Assembly: GCA_039621445.1 (NCBI GenBank)
Contig: CP154954.1
Coordinates: forward strand, 11,009,229-11,073,228
Reading direction: 5' to 3'
Source of the DNA: Euglena gracilis
Lineage: Eukaryota
Length of the DNA: 64,000 nucleotides
The position numbers were made by a program, and so were the translations under genes. The notes beneath the pieces are model-generated. The model worked only from the letters and a program-made list of their open reading frames with translations. It was not told the DNA's origin and ran no database searches. Positions 12,852 through 26,883 of the stretch are shown piece after piece. The first letter of the stretch is position 1. Every line of letters starts with the position of its first letter.

Positions 12852-14330
12852 TCCGGCTCCCTGCGGGTGGAAGGCCCTCAGGGCAGACAGGACGTCTTCA
12901 GAACGGGGGTCGTGTATCCCCTTGCTGAGAAGGCGTTTGGCTGCTTTCGAGAAGGCGCCTTCAGTCACCAGCGAGCGAAGGGAGCGGAGGAGGTGTTCGT
13001 CACAACCTCCGGCAGGTGGCTGGTCCAGCTCAGGATCGGGCGACCTTTCCCGTTTCCGTGTCATGCGGTTCATTCTGGTGCTTTCGCAGTCAGAGAGCTC
13101 TGTCCAAATTGCAGGGACAGACAGCGTGGGCAACCGCAGAGCCTGGTCGGTGACGAGGTCACGCAGCGCTCTCTGTGCTCTCTCGGAGGCACCGCCGCGA
13201 GTTTCGGCGCGGAGGCAGAAACGGGTAAAGGTAAAAAACCGATTCCCAGGTCGATCAAGATAAAAGGTGGTGAATGAGTTCAGCCAGGCAATGGCCCAGG
13301 GCGGTCCTTGCCCCTCTGGGGGTGTGCCGCAGCAGAGGACAGTGCAGTTGGAACAGGGCCTCAATGTTGGGCACTGTGGGCTGGCTGGCAGAGTCCAAGG
13401 TTGTCTCAAGTGGCACGGCTGTCACCCGGGGTGGGGCGGGGGCCACGATCGCAATCTCGTGAGGCGCGCGTTGTTCCTGGGCCGGAAGGACCGTCACGCA
13501 TCGCCCGAGCGCGTGGTGGGGCGGGGGCCACGATCGCAATCTCGTGAGGCGCGCGTTGTTCCGGGCCGGAGGGACCGTCACGCATCGCCCGAGCGCGTCG
13601 AGCAACGCGTTCACCTGGTCGATGAGGGCACAAGAGTTCCCTCCACACAAGCCTGTGAGCGGTGACAACCGGCAGCAGTGTGGGCAAAACCAGACGCGTA
13701 GGTCCCGTATGTAGTCTCCGCAGAGCAGGCTTAAATGAGTGTGGTGTTCGCTGTAGATGTGTGATTAGTGTCCCCCGGCTCTCATGTGCTCGCAGGCAGA
13801 TGGGGTACTCGCAAACATACCGCTTGCTTGGGTCAGTGCTGGCTGGGGGGCAGGGTAACGGGGTGAAGACGGCCAATACAGCGGGTGGCAACCCTGTAAG
13901 GGCCGTCGCGGTAGCAACCATTGCGGGGTGAGGACCCGGAGGAGTTAGTTGCAAGCCCGGCGGGAAAAAGGGGGCGGCGAACGCCGCTGGGCACTGACCT
14001 ACTGCCTGGGCGATAACAGCCGGTCCAAGGGGGTCCGGAGACGAGCTGGCCGCCGGTGCAGTGGTGGCCGGGGAGACCGTCCCGGGGCCAAGGTCACATG
14101 CACCCGTCTGTGCCAAGAGGCATCTACCTGCGGCCGCCAAGGCGGCCGGGCTGGCCACGTGTCCTGCGGGGAGTCCACCTAATACCCCTTCAGGAAAGTC
14201 CGGAACGACCACCTGGGGCGGATGTAAGAGGTCCACTTGTCCACGGCGATGTTTCCTGGGGGAAGGAGCGGGGGGTTTCCCAGTGGCCGGGCGCGGGTAC
14301 TTCTCGACTTCACCCGCTAAAGTGACCGGG
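12852..14330 (-). mobile_element. 5' fragment of a CRE/SLACS-like non-LTR retrotransposon, truncated before RT
   Basis: C2H2-like finger (CEYPIC...HLQRTPH) and pre-RT motifs LRHTPRGAR, FCLRAETRGG, EGAFSKAAKRLLSKG...LRAFHP, typical of CRE-clade ORFs. Confidence 0.65.
13433..13598. repeat. Two-copy ~85 bp tandem duplication inside the CRE-like ORF
   Basis: GGGGCGGGGGCCACGATCGCAATCTCGTGAGGCGCGCGTTGTTCC...GCCCGAGCGCGT occurs twice. Confidence 0.9.
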
Positions 14331-14392
14331 GGATGAGGTGGACACCAGATAATGTTATTATGTTGTTGTTTGTTCTCAAAGATTGGTCAAGG

Positions 14393-14823
14393 AGTGTACG
14401 TCCCACCCCGGCTTTTGTACTTAAGGTTTCCTCCCAAAAAGCCCGGGGGGGAGTAACAGTAAAGTTTGTTTCCCTTCCCCCTTTCAATTGCAAAGCACAA
14501 AGGCAAAGAGAATTGTTGGGACCGCAGTCCCTTATATGAAAGTGATCTTTGCTCTTTCGAGCTTTGTAAAAGAAAGAACTAAAACTTCTATTCAAATGGG
14601 ACTTCGTCCTCATAATTCTAAAAGAGAGTTGCAAAGCACCAAACCCTGTAACCTTGAATTAGGAACCAGTTACTGTCGCTAAGCTTTCGCTAGCTCTGAT
14701 ATTATCTCTTTGTCTTATGGTTTAACCCTGTCACTGTGTACAGCCCGGCCGTAGCTAGATTGTAGGCCGTAGCCCATTGAATCTGGTACACAGTGCCATG
14801 GCAGAATGGCTGCCTGGTACTCA
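14393..14823 (-). repeat. 3' LTR of element A
   Basis: Minus strand: PPT GGGAGGGGGA (14824-14833), then TGAGTACCAGGCA ... GGGACGTACACT. Confidence 0.8.
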
Positions 14824-15099
14824 TCCCCCTCCCAGGGCTCTGCCCGATTTCCCTTCTGGACCAGGCCAGTCGGTATGCCAGGCACAGTCCCAGGTTCAGG
14901 GAGAAAGTACCAGGATACCACGGTCTGGTTCCCAATTACGGTTACCGTGTTTGGAGCACAAACCGTAAAATAATTCTGGCGCGCATGCTGTGCTTTGTGC
15001 GTCGTCTTACTTGACACCGTAGTGTCTTTGTAGTCTCGAATCTTCGCGATCAACGTGTTGTCGACCGAACTTAAGGCGATTCTGCCACAGGGTCTTGAA

Positions 15100-18000
15100 A
15101 CGGTGTTGAACGCAATGATGAAGTGAGTATTCACGCTCGAGACTTCGCTCATTATGTCGGACTACACCCATCTCAGCTGTAGCTGATTGTACGAGGTAGG
15201 AAACCCTCAACGTTTGCGCGTTTTCTTGAAGTACTCACCCATGTGTGGGTCTTGTGCCAAGGTCATTTCGGCTGGACGAAAGTCTAGGGTATCCTTGTCA
15301 GGATCATCCATCTTGATCCGTGGGAAGACCCAACTTTTGACTTCTTGGATTACCTTGGGAAGTTCGGTTTTGAGGGTTTCAGCTCGCTTGCGGAGGTAAA
15401 TCTGCAAATTTTCCCAGAAAACTCTGGGAAAAGTTGTGGGCCATACGTAATACGTCCATCTTGGATGGTTTGCTGGTACCAGTGGTGGCATTCCAGGCAG
15501 AGCGTTGAAATCAACGTTGTGCGCGCAGGATGCACAGGCACAGCGGGTTATGTGTGGTTTCAGAATGGTGCCAACCCATTCTGAATAATGTTCGTAACGA
15601 TGTCGTTCAGGTCGGTCGTCAGGTAGTAACCATCGTTGTGTGGTTTCAGAAACCGTTGAAGGCTTTGTAAACAGTGGGTAAATAACTCGTTTCCAGTCGT
15701 CATCATTGAAGAGTAGGAGCAATCGCCCTTTTGTACATTCCACAGCAAGTCTGATTCCGCCGGAATCAGTTTGGAAGTCAAAGGCGATTCCGCCGCGGTC
15801 AAAAGCTTCAGCTTTCTTGAAGCTTTTCTGCTGGTACATTTGTCGTTTTGTTTTGTAGAAATTCAGGAAATCTTCCAGAACGTCCTCGTTTCCTGGTACG
15901 ATCTTGAGATTTCCGCCATCTGCGGGCAACCATATGTCTGAGTGTAAGCAGTTGACACAGAAAACTTGTACGTCACGGTCTCTGTCTTCTTCCGACCATC
16001 GGAAGTTGTTCAGTTGTCTCTAGGCAAGCAGACAATCACCGCAAATCAGAGCGGCTGTGTTTGGAACGAAATCATTGTAGTGAAAGTTTTTTATGTTTGT
16101 TGTCTGCATAACATACATGCACAGCTGGCATGCTGTTACGAATGTTGTGACAAAGAGTACAGAGCCAAGTTGTTTGGCCATTCGGCATATTCTGAAACAG
16201 GAATGTTTTCCCAAGGTATTGGGCAAACACTCTTGGTGATCTGGCATTGTAGAATCGCCGAATATGGCGAACACAGTAGTTATACTTCTGTTCGTTGAAG
16301 AAGAGTGGTTCAATCCACTTGTTCAACAAGTTTCCGCGTTCGCGGGCTTAGTGTATCATGGCAATGCGTTCTTCGACGCTCGGCAGGTTGGAGATAATGT
16401 CCTCTTGCCAAAGGGCGGCATTATCGTCAACCGGCATGTTTTCCTCTTGCGAGGTCTCAGACGTTGTATCTTTTCGAGTTCCACCTCGAAGGGTAGAAGT
16501 GACCCGGCTTTCCCGGCCACTTCGGTATACGTTGGTGCTGGTGTGGTAGCACCTGGGGTCTTCGCCCGCTTTCCAGATTTGTTACCACTCCAAGGTGGAG
16601 CAGATTTTGGCTCGTTGTGTCGTTCAGCAGGTTTGTACGGTTCTGCAGGCTGTAGTTTAGCCTTAGGCTTACTGCCTTTCTCTTTCCGCTGTGGCGGAGG
16701 GGGCGTTATGCAGGAGACTTTGGAGCAGGTTTGGCAGTTGGTGCGATAGTAGGTTGTACGTCAGGAGCCGTCGGTACCACCTGTTCAGGGGTGTGTACCA
16801 CTACGTGTGTTGGGTCATGTGGTGGTGTTGTTTCGACCATAGTCGCTTCGGTTGTTGTCACCACTTCGGGTGTTTGGACATCAGGAGTAGAACTGGCTGC
16901 GTCTGCTGCCAGTGCTGTGGTGGAAGCCGTAGCTTCTTGTGTGGGTTCTTCGTCAAGTCCCGTGTCACGGGGACTTCGCGTTGAAGAGGAAGACCTCGAT
17001 CGCACCATTGCAACCATCGACGCTATGCCACTTCGGACGCTTCCGAGGACGCGTTCTGCAGCGCGTCCGACTTGTGGTGGTATGAGTATGAAGTCGTCGG
17101 GGTCTGGATTCCCACGGCTGTGAATACCGAGGGGGTATTCACGTCGTATTTGTTCACGCTCTGCATGTAGTGCTTCCATTTCTTCGTCAGTGATTTCTCG
17201 GTCACCTTCCGCACGTGCGGAGGTGGGTGGAAGCGTGTCTGACGAAGGCACTGCGGCCGTTGTAGAGTCTACAGGCACTTCGGCCATCGTAGGTGCTGTA
17301 GGCTCTTCGGCCACTGGAAGTTCTGTAAGTGCGTCGGGTTCCACGTCTGGTAATGGTGTTTGTGGTCTTGTCTGAGCAGGCACTGTAACTGGCGCTTCGC
17401 CACTTAGAGAATTTTGTACGCTGGCATCTCCGTGTTCAGAATCCGGGGATGCAGCGGAGACGGAGCGTGTACTGTGTTCATTGTTTGTCCCTTCTTCCAC
17501 TTCCTCATCGCTGGATGACCCAGAAGAGGAAACGGACAAAGAGTCTGAAGAGTGTACGGGAGTGTGTTCCACAGACATTGTAGGTGTAGGTGGGGGTTGT
17601 GGTAAACGTTCTTCTGAGCGTTTAGTTGCGGGCTTCGCTGCTGCTTTATCTGTTGTCGTTGTACATGATGCAGCCGTTGGGGGTTGTTCAAATGCAGACT
17701 GCGCCGCTTCGGATTCCACCGGCTGCGGTTCAGCAAGTTTTATACGTGGTCGCAGACGGAAGTTTTGCCATCCGACAGATTTGTTTCCTCCCGATCCGCG
17801 AGGAAGCCAGTCCAGTATCGGGATGGCCAACCCATCTTTATTTGTACGTTTGCCCCTGAAAAATGGGGCAAAGTCCTTTCTTCGGAGGGTTTCGCCAACC
17901 AGGCGTTTGATGTACTTCCGTTTTCCGTCTTCGTCCCATTCAGTTCGAAGAGGGAGGTATTCTTTGTGGGAGTGGTTGTTTTGAGTTGAGAAAATTGTAG

Positions 18001-21000
18001 ATTTCCAGAGCATAGCATACCCATGCCCTATGTTGGAAGGTCTGCATGTGCAGCAGCATTTGTGGGTGGTTTCGTCTGGTGTATCCGATTTCCCTGACTT
18101 CGAGTGGATTGTGGCAGATGTGTCCAAGTAGTCTTCGTTGTTGTTGGGCCTTCGCCCATTCACGTTGGTGGGGCTGTGCCCTTTGTGCGTTTGGGCGGTC
18201 GGTTGTCCGACCACGCACACCAAAGCCCCAGAAGTCCACGGGGAACTTGTGGTGGCAGTGGGTTCACCAAAGGACGAATTTTTGTGGGTATGTCAGGTCG
18301 ATTCCGACCACTTGGAAGTGTGGGCCGTAGTGTTCGTTGAGGAAAATTTGGTAGTTGTAACAGAACATTTTGTGTGTCACCAAATGTATATCCTTTGGAA
18401 GTGGGAATACTACCCATAGTATGCCGTGTGGTCCGATTTCTCGGATATTGTCGAACATTTTCTTCAGTGCGCCAAGGGATGATTCCCATCCGTATTGTAG
18501 CTTTGGATGTGGCAAGTAGTGCGCTTTGCTGGCGGGCATTGCAAATGAACGGAAGCTCAAGCAATGGAATCCGAGCCAGAAAAGTAGTTACCAGAAACCC
18601 GGCAATTTTTCGATGCCATCCTGGCTTTGGTAACAGGAAATTGTACCATCGAAGAAAAAGCCACGTGCTTTTTCTTTGTAGAGTTTGGCCATGTGGTGAC
18701 GTACTTCAGGAGCAACAACCCAAGGGTGTTGTTCCTCATAGTAAAACCACCCCCAAATAACACACCCCCCCAAATAACACACCCCCCCCCCCAAATAACA
18801 CACCCCCCCTCGGGGGCCGATTTCGAGCGCCCAAATAACACACCTCCCCTGTTTTCCTTTGGTTTTCCATGTAAAAATAACACACACCCCAAATAACACA
18901 CCCCCGCCCTGGGGCCCCAGTTCGGGTGCCCAAATAACACACCAGGGGGGTGTGTTATTTGGGGGGGGGGGAGTTTACTCGTGCATAGTTGTGTCACATC
19001 CGTCTGAGATCCAAAACAGGTGGTCAATCATGAATTGTACGTCCAGGTCGTAACCCGGTTGTGAGCCTTCACTCTTTCCTTCGCCTTTCTTGCCTTTCTG
19101 TCCTTTTGCGGCTTCGCGCTCTTGTTCATTCCAACGGTATGCACCGTCTTTTCAGAATGATCGTGTTTTTCTCCACATTGTAACGGTTACACCAGCCATG
19201 TAATGTCCAGCGATGTCATCAGACGGTTTGTCTGGACGCATTTGGTGATACATTTTGTATAAAGATCGTTGTACGTTGAGCGGGATCGGCAGGTCATCGC
19301 TTTCCTGACGATCCCGTTGCGACTGCGGGCTTTGTGGGGCGTCGTCTAAACGACGACGTTGTGTGTCTGGCATTGGACGTGTTTGTGGTGGTGTATCAAA
19401 CTCCGGTCCACGCGGGCGTTTGCGCGCATCAACGTTGTAAGGTTTTGCTGGGGCCGTCAAATGTTGTAGAGCTTCCTTGTAGGTGGCGCGTTGTGCTGGC
19501 GACTCAAACCTGGGTTGACCCGAGAAAGGTTGTCCAGGTTCAACAGGTGGTTCTGTTTTTCCAGCCGAAGCCGGTTGTGAGAGTGTCGTAACAGGAGGTT
19601 CTCGAACAGGAATTGTAGATTGTGAGGGTGCTTTTGCACGTGCCGACTGCGCGGCTTGAGCAGGGGGTCCTGTTCTTTGTATAGGTACAGGTTTATTTGA
19701 ACCGGCTGCTGATGCGGCAGGCGGAGTAGATGTTGAACGTGCAGCCGAAACTGCTTGTACAGGCTTTGTTTGTGGTGCCGGAGTAGGTTGAGCTACTGGC
19801 GGCACAAGATTCGCCGCCGAAGCGAGTTGTTCCATTGGACCAGGTTGATGCGGCGGTGCATTCACACGCAAAACTTCGGGTAGTGCCCAGGTGGGTATAC
19901 CCAAAATCTTGGTGTTTGGACCAATTCCATCCATTATCACTCCCTTTACGTTGATTACTCCCAAATGGGATCCAAGTTCGTAAATTTTGGCGAGGGGAAG
20001 ATATTGTTCGCCTTTGGTTGTGTACGCGAAATCATCAGATTGTGGTACTCGTTCATAGTGTATGTTGTCCTCTACGGGACGCAGGGGGTTTTCTCCGACA
20101 ACCCGTATCGCTGTCGGTTCCGGCAGCGGTACGGAGGGGGTTGTCGGTGGTTTTGGTTGAGATTGTACAGATGGTTGAGTTTGTACGGGTTGTGGTGGTT
20201 GGGGTGCTTGAGGTGGTTCGTCTGTTTCCATGGTATACTCCGGCTCAGGTTCTGCCGTTGTATACTCGTCACAAGGCTCTTCGGCCATGTCGTCGGTGTA
20301 GTTTTCATCGTATGGCTCTTCGGCCTCCATAGCGTATTGTGATTGCATACCAGCCTCCCAGTTCCGGATAGGCGGCATGCGTGGGGGAGAGGAAAAACGT
20401 TGTTGTGGTATGTATATTGGTTCTTGCATTAGGACATCACCCATCTCACTTTCTGTGAGTTCAGGAGTATAGCGGCACATGTGTTCCACGTAAGCACCCA
20501 CTGGGTGCACTCCGCGGAGCACAGGCGGAACCAGGACTCCCAGATCCCGGAGAGTTACATTGTCTGGAAATCCGGACTCTCCGGGTTGAAAGAAGATTCT
20601 TGCTGCTATCGTACTCTGGGACCACATGTCCCAGGTGGCGACAGGTTTGTTGGCGATTGCAAGCAATTGTCGGCAGTACGAATCCCGCATCACTCGGATG
20701 AATGGATCCGGTCTGTCCTCTGCGCACATGCGCAGAGCGTTACGAATTGTATATGTTGAAGCTGTTGTCAGTTCACCCATGTACTTGGGGAACCGGGGCA
20801 ACACAGGACCAGCATAGTGTCTTTGGAGTTCTGGTTGTGTCGCATACTGCCCTTGTGGTAGTTGTGCGGCATAATGCCCTTGTGGTGGTTGTGCGGGGTA
20901 ATAACGACTGCGAAGTTGTTTAACCAATTGTCGTTGTTCATATTGGACATATTGTTGTTCTACCGCCGCAAAAGCAGCACGTTGGCTACTGCTACTGGCG

Positions 21001-21389
21001 AGATCGTATCTCCTTGGCGGCCGCGGTTGCGGTACCGCAAAATGTTCATAGGCACATTCCGTTTGCTGTGGAATCATTGTTTGACATTGTAAGCCACCAA
21101 GTGTAGTTTGTTCTGGAGCAACATGCGGAACCGCATGTTGAGTCACTGGGGGATTTGTCACTACGGCCCTTGCTGCCGGAGCAGCTTGTACCTGAGGGGC
21201 TACCACTACGGGCCTTCCTGCCGAAGCAGCTTGTACATGCCGAACGGGGACTTGCCCTCCACGAGGGAGTGCAAGTCCTCGTCCTCCCGAAGGAGGTTGT
21301 GGGTGAGGGCCTCCTCCCGTAGGAGGTTTTCCAGTGGGAAAATACGGTTGGGAGGATGGGGGACCAGGTCCCCTTCCTCCAGCATCCAT
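15100..21389 (-). pseudogene. ORF3 of element A (~2,000 codons, full span), interrupted by a MITE and frameshifts
   Basis: Pieces 19152-21389, 18588-18740, 18264-18560, 17940-18239, 16706-18223, 16072-16329 and 15207-15929 share motifs with ORF3 of B, C and D; 3' end approximate. Confidence 0.8.
18740..18979. mobile_element. MITE-like insertion with terminal inverted repeats and internal CCAAATAACAC(A) sub-repeats
   Basis: AGTAAAACCACCCCCAAATAACACACCCCCC ... GGGGGGTGTGTTATTTGGGGGGGGGGGAGTTTACT; interrupts ORF3; no clear TSD. Confidence 0.75.
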
Positions 21390-21692
21390 CTTGAGAAAAA
21401 GCAAATAGGCGCAAGTACTGAGCTGTGGGGAAACAGAGAAACAGGGCATTGTATGGTAACATTGTACGCATGCGAGCAAGTGTGCACACACACACACACA
21501 AAAATTTTGTATGTTTGCACTAATTGTAAAATCAAAATTGTAGCTCCAAGTGTAAAAATGTATGGCTCAAGACCGTAGTCCTTTAGTGAAACGTCCTCCC
21601 CTGGGAACAAAAAGGTTTGGCATCCGCCCATTATACATTTTGTCGAAAGTCCATGCTATGGACAAATATTGGACATCTTTGTGCATCATCCA

Positions 21693-24600
21693 TTAGAAGG
21701 TATTTAAAGAAATGTCAATGACTTTTCGTTTGTTCCATAGTTTCCAGCCTTGTTGGATATAACCAACAAAACTAGTTGCAGGTTCCCAGGTGTCCTTTTC
21801 GGGACCATAACCTTTCCACCGCACCTTCCAGTAGTGGATACCGCTGTCTACTTTGTGGTCGAGGATTTTGTCAACGACAAAATCATCTGTCTCAGGCAGT
21901 TTTGACCGTGGCTTGAAGTATAGGCAGGGTATTGCTTTGCCGTTCGGTGGAGTCAGGTATGGTTTGAAGTCATCCATGTGTACATCCTCGACACCGTTCG
22001 GTAAAGCGACTTTGTAGCGCCAACTTGTACCCAACCGATCGAGGATCTCACATGGTCCGATCCAGAGGGGGTCCAACTTCGTGGTTTGCATGCGGGTTCT
22101 TCTGTTCCGAACCACACGCGGTCACCTGGGTTGTATATCGGTGATTTCTAATCTTATAAGAACTGTTTTTGTTTTTGTAAATGTTATAGCGACTACGTGC
22201 TTTTGCACATCCGTGCGCAAGGTTTCAACTTCAGAGAACAACGTTTCGCAACTCACGCTAGAACGAGCAGGTCGTTCTGACGGAAAGTTGCCAATGGCTG
22301 GGGGGTCTCGTCCGAAGAAGATTTTGTACGGTGAGTATTATTATATCAGACCCGGTAAAGTGTTGATATAAAATAAACACCAGGGTAATGTTTGTAGCCA
22401 GGCATTGTGCGATTCGGCCGTAAAAGTCGTAGCATGTTGACTACAGCTTTCACTGCCGCTTCAGCACGACCATTTCCTTTTGGTCGATAAACGATAGAAA
22501 AATGCTGCTCAATTCCAAGTAAACCGCAACGAGTTGTAAAAAATCGAGAAGAAATCAAATGGTCTTGATCACTCACGATTTCATTCGGTAAACCCACGAG
22601 TCAGATGCATCTTTCTAAAAACACTTGTGCCAAAACTTGTGCTGTCAACCCTGCTTTCTGGCATGGAATGGCTACGATGTAGCCACTCATACGACAGACG
22701 ACAACAAGAACGTAATCGTAAAAGTTTTCATCTGATCCTTTACAAGGTCAAGTCCCAGGAAATCCATGCAGACGGATGTAAAAATGTCATTTGGTACGGG
22801 GAAGAAGTCCAACGTACCAGGGGGGGGTACCTCTGCGCGGTTTCACAGCTTGACAAATTTGGCACCGTTGCGAATTTTGTAAACAGCGCTTGTACAAATT
22901 TTTTTCGGTCCGGGCTGTACAGTAACTGCGACCCACCAAAGAAAGAAGTTTGGGGGCCCCAGGGTGACCTTGGTTGTGATATGTGTGGTTGATTGTCATC
23001 AACCAAGTCACAGGGTATGCAGTACTTGTAACCAGTATCTTTCCTCAAAATCAAACGTAAAGGTGATAACGTATAATTCTCAGCCAATTCACCATTGCGC
23101 AATATTTGTACGACATCATTGTAAAAATCATCCTTGGAGTAATCCCATTCTCGAAGAAAGAGAGGGGATGGAGATTCTAATCGCGTAACTCGGCGGGGGG
23201 CCGGCATTCTGCCGCGTTTTCGTTTTCCCCGTACGGGGGCTATCGGCATCCGCCGCCAAATCCGCGAAACTGGAAAGTTGTCAAGCATGTTGTCAGCGGC
23301 GTCTGCGGGCCTTGCGTATTCGTCGGCTTCGCCACTTCCGTGGAACGTGGCATCACCCTCGTCAGGATTACCAGGGTAATGCCAGGGTGCACGGGAGAGT
23401 GTGTCCGCGACTTTTTGAGTATGACCTGGTGTGTAAACTACCACCAGGTTGAATTGACTCAAAAATACGTGCCAACGGCATCTTCGGCCAACTGAGGACA
23501 TGGCTTTGTTCAAGTGTTCGGTGTACCAGTGTTGGAGAGACTCATGGTCTGTCAACACTAGTATTTGTACGAGTGAACTGGCGACCCAACTTCGGAATTT
23601 TTGTAGGATAAGGACAATGGCATACGTCCCCTTTTTTTGTATGCTCCATTTGACTTGTCCTTTTACGCCTTCACCTTGTAGCTTTTTGCTGAGGAATGTT
23701 ACAGGGCGCAGTTCATTGGACGAGTTATGTTGACTCAAACACACCGCCGACGGCATAGTCACAGCCGTCGACCTCCAGTACATACTGTTTGTACGGGTCA
23801 GTAATGTCAAGTACAACGTTCTCCAACGTCAGTTGTTTAATTGTCGTTAGCGATTCTCGCATTGTATCATCCTATTGTATCTTTGTATTGTCAGGAGCGC
23901 CATTTTTGAGTTGTTGCGTCAGTGGTACCGCGATTTTCGTGAAATCCTTCATGTAAATCGTGTAATACTGCGCTAAACCCAAAAATCCTTTTAAATGGGT
24001 GATTGTCTTGATGTTTTCAGGTAGCCACTTCTTTATAGCTTCGAGTTTGCTTGGAGATGCTCTCCTTTGTCCGATGTTAAGAATGTGTCCACAAAATTTT
24101 ATCGTTTCGCGAAACAAATGCATTTTCGCACCTTTGACGAAAAGCAAATGTCTTTGAAACGTTGTCAGTACGGAACGTATATCGCGGGAGCGAATATCAA
24201 GGATATGACTATCCGAATTTGTCAGTGGAGGAGGTGTGCCTATCAGCACATCATCAATGTATACCATTTCAAACGGTAAGTCTCGTAACATGCATTGTAT
24301 CGTTCTTTGGAACACAGCTGGGCCCCATTGGTAACACCGTCCATTGGTAAACTCCGCGGGAGGTTACAAATGTGATGTATGTTTGTGAGTCAGCGTGTAA
24401 GTGCATCTGGTGAAAACCATTCTCTAAGTCAAAAATCGAATAGAGGTGGTTTTCCACTTGTTTTGTAATCAGGTCCTCGATAAGTGGTAACGGAAATGGA
24501 TCGTCCTTTGTCTGTGAGTTCAAGTATCGGTAATCCAGCACAAGTCTCCACTTCTTCTCTCCAGAAGCATCGGGAGGCTTGGGTACCACAAAAGCTTGTG

Positions 24601-26883
24601 AGGTCCACTCGCTTTTGGAGGGTATGATCCATTTTCGTTCAATCAGTTTTTCGATCATTGTAGGAAGAGCTTGTTCTCTGTCGCCTGAACAGCGAAAGAA
24701 TGTTCGGTGCATGGGCTGTGCACCTTCTTTGAGTTCGATTTTACAGACACCAAAAGGTCCGCGAATTGCAGGATCTATGTCATGGGCATAGATAGGATGT
24801 TCTAAAACATCACTGAAACCGTGATTGATCTTTGTACATAGTTCTTGTTATTTGGGATGTTGACCACCGCTTTCTATCACTGCGGACAGTTGGTATGGTT
24901 GGTCATTCTGAGCTTTATCCGGTAGGAATTTGTCAGTGTGGTCAACAGTTCCGAATGCATCAAAGAAACAAACACGAAAAACGATTTCTTTCAATGGTGG
25001 TAACATGACACCACAAAAATCTTCAAACAAGGGAGAGTCATTCGGTAAATCCCACCACTGAAAAGTGACATACGTCAGTTGTTGGAAACATTCCGCTTCG
25101 TGATTTATATGAATGAGTAGCACACCGCGTGCTTGATCCCGAAGGATCTTGTCAACAACAAGAGGTATAAGTTTTAGAGGTGGGTGTAGCCATAGGACCA
25201 CGTCACCCCAAAACTTATCAAACGCATTTGTATGGCTTGACCATTATTTGGGTAAACGAGAATGTGCTTTGGATGAGAACGCACCAATCACCAATTTTAG
25301 GTCCATCCACTTCGCGATTTGCGCGATTTTGGAAAACCAAGTTTCCAAAATGCGATATTGTCCAAAATTGAACGCATTCCAGATGCGGTTTGTGAAAACT
25401 GTCGCGGTTTCAGTCCTGTGGAGGGCTGAAACACAGTTTACCGAGCCACATCGGTAATGCGGTGTGTCCGAAGACACTTCATCAATCACTGTACCAAGTG
25501 TAACAGGTGTGTTGTAAGAAGTACAATTATTGTTGGCACTCTGCCACTTGTATGCAGGGACATTGGAGGGGTTGGCATTCTGCCATTCGGGTTCAGGGAG
25601 GTTGGCTTTCTCGCGCGCGATTCTCGCGATTCAGAATAGGGACGCGAGTACGGGTTTGTCCAATTGTAGATGTACTTCAACACACAACGGGTAACAACCC
25701 GGTGTGTTGTGTTCTCGTTCAGTTCAGCTGTCAGGGTAAACTCGGTACCGGTTCCGGTACCAAGTGTACTCTGGTTGTTGTTTAATGCGATTAGTTTGAA
25801 AGGTTCAACAATACATCCACATTCGAAATCAGTTTGTGTGTAAATTCTCCGTCAATTTTCGCAATGGAAGGAAGTGTTGGTCTGGTAGTGCGTGTCTGTC
25901 ATGTGTAGTGTGTGTATGGGGTGTTGAAAGTTGTAGCTGCTGGGGGGTTTACAGGGGTGTCTTAAATCGACACACCTGGTGGAGAACGTAAAAGTTGTGC
26001 AGCTGGGCGGTTACTCGACACCGAAATTTATTCAGGCCTTTGGGCATTCACCTTGGAACCCAGTGAAAAGTGGGGGGCTAAGCTTCTGGCTTTCCTACCG
26101 CATGGGAAACGGGCGGTAAAAGTGTAGTGGGTAGGGGGGCAGCTTTCTCTTTACCCCTAGGGTTGGAAACGGTGTTTTCGGTTGTAGAAAACGTTGTGGC
26201 CAGGCGGGGGGACATCTGGGAAGATGTCTTCGCCGAGAAATTCGGTGGTGTGCGTTGTGTGTGTGAAGTAGTGCGCAAACCGAGGGAGGGGCAGTCCACA
26301 ACAAGGCGGTTCTGACGCAAGAATGGAAAACCCAAATTACGTCAGACCCGCGGATACCCAATTCGTAACTCCAAGCACCCAGAAAATTTTGTATGTGTGG
26401 GGGCTGTGAGTGGTGCTTGCGGATGACGTGGAGGAGTATGTCCAAAAAGAATCCCAAGTCACCACGGCACATAGGGCTGTTGTCAGCAGTCATAATTTTG
26501 ATGGGGTACTTGGCTCTCACCAAGAGGGAGTTGGGAATTAATCCTGTTCGAAAGAGAAGGAGGATGTGACACCCTGCGTCGACCAAAAGTTTGCATTTCG
26601 TAGAAAAAGTTTGTGTTCGGATTTCCGCTTGGACCAAAAGTTCCATGAGGGGTACGCAAAGTGCAGGATCCGGTGTAAAATTGTTGTCTGTCCAACTATT
26701 CCAGGATGCCGTTCCTACTTTGCTCAGCATTCCTGGCAGAAATTTGGAGTGGGGGGTGGGGGACCCGAAAATTTTCCGGGTACTGACGAAAAAGGCAGAT
26801 GGGCAGGGAAAGTAAGGTTGATCAGGTCCTACTTCCGTCTGTTCGTCAGCCCAGAGGTCCGTTCCCACAGACCTCGGGCTCCC
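21693..26883 (-). pseudogene. pol: pol of element A (PR, MTase-like, RT, RNase H, integrase, chromodomain)
   Basis: [62 protein letters not shown]. Confidence 0.92.
24956..25381 (-). other. Dam/DIRS-like adenine methyltransferase-like domain in pol A (one nonsense codon)
   Basis: IGAFSSKAHSRLPK*WSSHTNAFDKFWGDVVLWLHPPLKLIPLVVDKILRDQARGVLLI. Confidence 0.7.

Noticed and set aside
12410-12862. Inverted similarity between LTR flanks (GGGAGCAGGA / TTCCGGCTCCC)
   Set aside because: The left flank is the element's own PPT and the right is CRE coding sequence, so it is probably chance
15100-21389. ORF3 as retroviral env
   Set aside because: No visible signal peptide, fusion peptide or C-terminal transmembrane anchor; only the position is env-like
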